Assembly (NCBI GenBank): GCA_950097015.1
Contig: CATNEN010000038.1
Coordinates: 16,988,001 to 17,052,000, forward strand
Reading direction: 5' to 3'
Length of the DNA stretch: 64,000 bases
From: Macrostomum hystrix
Taxonomy: Eukaryota > Animalia > Platyhelminthes
In this document: positions 60,600-64,000 of the stretch, in pieces
Layout: each line of letters opens with the position of its first letter
How positions within the stretch are numbered: the stretch's first letter is position 1
Position numbers and translations under genes: made by a program
The notes under the pieces: model-generated
What the model was told of the DNA's origin: nothing
The model's database searches: none
Seen by the model: only the letters and a program-made list of their open reading frames with translations

Positions 60600-60870
60600 T
60601 CAGGTTAGCCAGACCACGAACAAAATACTTGCTGACTCCGTTGTTGAACGCATTCGGCACAGCTGCGAACTCCAGCAGGTGGCACTGCCCAGTCTCCGGG
60701 ATGAAGAGCACGGCCTCGCAGCCAGTCAGACAGCGGCTCACGCACTGCATCAGCCCGCGGGCGCTCAGGGTCCTGCTGACAGGAGCGTCCACAGCTGTGA
60801 GGCCGATCAACGTCCGGTCGCCAGGAACGAACTGGTCACCTTCAACGATCAGTGTTTTGAATAAGGAGCA
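60600..60870 (-). pseudogene. Orphan copy (C) of the PAN/Apple-like exon
   Basis: Nearly identical to 48303-48545; altered stop region; no WSC exon visible upstream. Confidence 0.6.
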
Positions 60871-62300
60871 TGGATCATAAGTAATATAATAGAACATATT
60901 TGAATTTCGAATCTTAAGTTTATTAAGAGCCGGTCTTGATGTTATGAGCTGCCCTTTGTTTAATTTGTGGTGCTCGTACTTAGTTTATAATTGATCCTAT
61001 ATGACTAGATTAGTTTTCTGTGACTAGGTGCAGGTGTTAGTGCTAGGTGGCTTAATTGGCTGTTAGTCTCTCAGCCTGCGTGCTGATTGGCTGACGAACT
61101 GCGTTTACCTGACCCCCGCCCCCCTGAGCGCGCTTTTTATGGTGTGGGGTGGGGTATAAGGGGCTGTGGCAGCGACTGCGACTGTGTCTGACCTCAAGCT
61201 GAAATTTCACTGAGCGGGCTGCGTGCGATCTTCACTCATTGGACTGGAGGGGTGCCGCACTCAGCATTGATTGTTCTAGATAATTCTAGCACTCACTTAA
61301 CAGTTTTGCAAAAGGGCACATAGCTTGAGTGTAGTTGGGAATCGAACACTTTAGTGGTAACCTAACCACGAGGTGATATACAGCTTAGCCCAGTAATTAA
61401 ACATACGTTCTGCATATTTAATCCTGCATATACTATTTAATTACACCATATCGTCTTGCAGATCACTATAGCTTCCGATGTAAAATTCCTCCCGGCTCGC
61501 TCTTAACCTTGCACAATGAATGATGCTGAGCTCAGCTCCAGGATAAGTGCTGGAAGCTTTTTATTAGCTATTAGCTGCGAATCCGGTCAGAAAGATCGAG
61601 TTTCACTTGAAACATTAGTGCACATTTAAACAGATCAAAAGTGAAGTAGAAAAGTATAATATTAAGTCGTTTAAATGCTCGGGAATAGCTCTTATTTAAC
61701 TTATACATGCGTTATGTGCGCTGTTTATATTCATTTTACTTTGTTGAGTACGGCCGGTACCTCTGGACGTCTACTTTTAATTATATATTCCTACATATTT
61801 ATAATTTGAAAGAATAAACAAGAAGGGGCATTGAAGCACAATGCACGCGCATTCATTTAAACTTTCAGTTAATGTCGTAGATCCAACTATTTGTACACTG
61901 CGAAAGTGTGAACCTATGTTTGCAATTGTCCGATAAAATAATAGTCGTTTGTCGTTCAAACGTTAAAGTTGCTATTTTTGTGATTAATATTTTTTTTGAT
62001 ATAAATATGTAGCCTGTCTGTGTAACACAATATATAAAACTAGGAATATATATTTACTATATCGATATTGAATAACATCTTGTTTTATTGCTTATTTCAA
62101 ACTGCCACGCTAAATTATTTTCTAAGAAACAATTACATAAATCAATGCTCGATAGAATTGGATCTGTTCTCGAATTTCTACACCATAATTACGACGACTG
62201 CTAAGATGGTACTACATGGACTTTGACAGGACTAAATTAGCTATTCATTGATCGTATTCTCTGTTACTTTTTCTGAATTAAAGGCTTTCCGCGAACAAAA

Positions 62301-63720
62301 ATGTTTTTCTCAATAGTCATACCAGAGATTATAATTGCAAATCGCACTTTATTATTCTGCCTTGGTGTAACAGGTAACGATCAGGAAAATTTAGATTTTG
62401 TAAAATCTCGCCTTGCATGCTTAGCTGACTTCGTGACTTCCTGTGGTAGCCTGTTATTTATCGCATTTTTGTATTTTTATAGCTGTTGTTATTGATGTAT
62501 GTGTGGTGCGAAAATAAAATATAATAAACAGATCTAAAAAAGAAAATCTAAAATAGACATAATGATTTTATATTTTTCTTTCTCAGATTAGCTGATGGCG
62601 ACAGATTAGGTTTAAAATGGAATTGTGATCAGTTGTTGCTACTGCAAATACTAAAGTCAGTGATATGAAAGACTACTTTTAAAAGAAAAATAGTTTATTT
62701 CATTTATTGACTAAAATTTTTATGCATAATAATAATAGACTATAAATTTGGATTTAAAAGTGCTAAAAAGTTTTAGGGTTTGCAATTAAAACCAGAACAT
62801 CTTAGAACAGTCTAGGAATGAATGTTTGATAAATTATTTTTGTCTTCCTTTTTATTGGGTTTTAAAGTTTCATGGAATGTGAATACTTTTATTGTATTTT
62901 TATTTCAATAAGATTTTGAAAACAATTTTAAGTATTTTTATGTTTGTTATATATATAAGTAAAGCAAGTAATCATGACATAAAAATTTAGACTTGCGTCT
63001 AAATTGAGACTTGTATTTACCCCATAAACTTTCAATAATGGCAGCAAACAGCAGAAAACGAATTCCAGATTCTATGTGGAAAATTAATAAATTCTGTTTT
63101 CTTTAAATTAATGTTTTGCTTTCTCTTTATTGTCAGCTGAAAATTAATTTATTAATATGAATCGCACCTGACATCAGGTATCAGTCTTGCTCTACTACGT
63201 CGTTGGTTTGCCGGAGGTCGAGCTAAAATAATTTATGAAGCCGGCGACTGTTCAGTGTCAACGCCGGATGGTCAAACCCGCCGTCGTTTAGTCCTCATCA
63301 CCGGCGCCAACTCAGGCATTGGCCTGGCTACCGCATTGGAACTGGTTCGCCTTCGCCTTGCTCAAGTCTGCCTGGCCTGCCGGCGCCCGGAGCAGGCAGC
63401 CTCGGCTGCCGTCGACATTCAACGCCAGACTGGCGCCGACGCAAGCGACATCTTCGCTGCTGATGAGTCGCTCGATTTGTCATCGCTGGCGTCGGTGAGA
63501 AAGTTTGCCAAAGCCTTCTGCCGACGTCACCGACAATTGGACGTGCTGCTGAATAATGCTGGCGTCATGGCCTGCCCGGAGTCCGTCACAGAGGACGGTT
63601 TCGAGTGCCAGCTGGCTGTGAACCATCTTGGCCACTATCTGCTCACTCGGATGCTCATTGGGCCGCTTCGGCGAGCTAGAGCTGCCAGGGTGGTCACTGT
63701 TTCTAGCAAAGCGCACGAGT
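62301..63720 (+). CDS. Retinol dehydrogenase 11/12/13-like SDR, 5' part (continues beyond the window)
   Basis: Exon 63178-63720: LITGANSGIG, LDLSSLASVR, LLNNAGVM, VNHLGH, VVTVSS. Tentative exon 62301-62373 supplies a hydrophobic N-anchor in matching phase. Confidence 0.85.
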
Positions 63721-63845
63721 GTGAGTGCCAAAGATTCGGCTTGTTTGGCCTCGCCCATAAGTTTCTGTCATGTTTTGTTCAGATTTTTTTCTGTTCTGTG
63801 TTTTTCTGGCGTCCTGGGAAGCTCTCCTCGGTTCCTCAGATTCAT

Positions 63846-64000
63846 GAATGTCATTCCTAAGCGTGTCCACTGGCTCTGAATGTCATTCCTACCCGTGTCC
63901 ACTGGCTCTGAATGTCATTCCTACCCGTGTCCACTGGCTCTGAATGTCATTCCTACCCGTGTCCACTGGCTCTGAATGTCATTCCTACCCGTGTCCACTG
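63846..64000. repeat. 32-bp intronic minisatellite (gaatgtcattcctacccgtgtccactggctct), runs off the window
   Basis: Tandem units. Confidence 0.9.

Overview
Eukaryotic (animal) genomic DNA, not prokaryotic. It has GT-AG introns, GC-rich exons, AT-rich intergenic DNA, minisatellite-filled introns and a heavy TE load. The style resembles a free-living flatworm such as Macrostomum, but that is an unverified inference. Genes: two intronless rhodopsin-class GPCR paralogs (minus strand) sharing an apparent gene-conversion tract; a ~28-kb multi-exon cytosolic carboxypeptidase (AGBL2/CCP2-like, ~14284-42339) whose large introns each hold a different tandem array; a small cluster of secreted WSC + PAN/Apple-like genes in various states of decay; and the start of an RDH11/12/13-like SDR. 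Mobile elements: a degenerate mariner, an intact Mag-type Gypsy with identical LTRs inside a 16-bp satellite, an internally deleted THAP/P element with a 7-bp TSD, a Helitron nested in a solo LTR, RNase H LINE fragments, tRNA-derived SINEs, MITEs and a Harbinger relic. Best leads: (1) two minisatellites with an inverted 13-bp core flanking one symmetric AGBL exon; (2) an 11-bp core shared by three arrays of different period; (3) a candidate minimal type I hammerhead ribozyme near 50.6 kb; (4) the GPCR conversion tract; (5) the young Gypsy with an in-frame (QPASV)n tail. Exon structures were read by eye and need RNA evidence.
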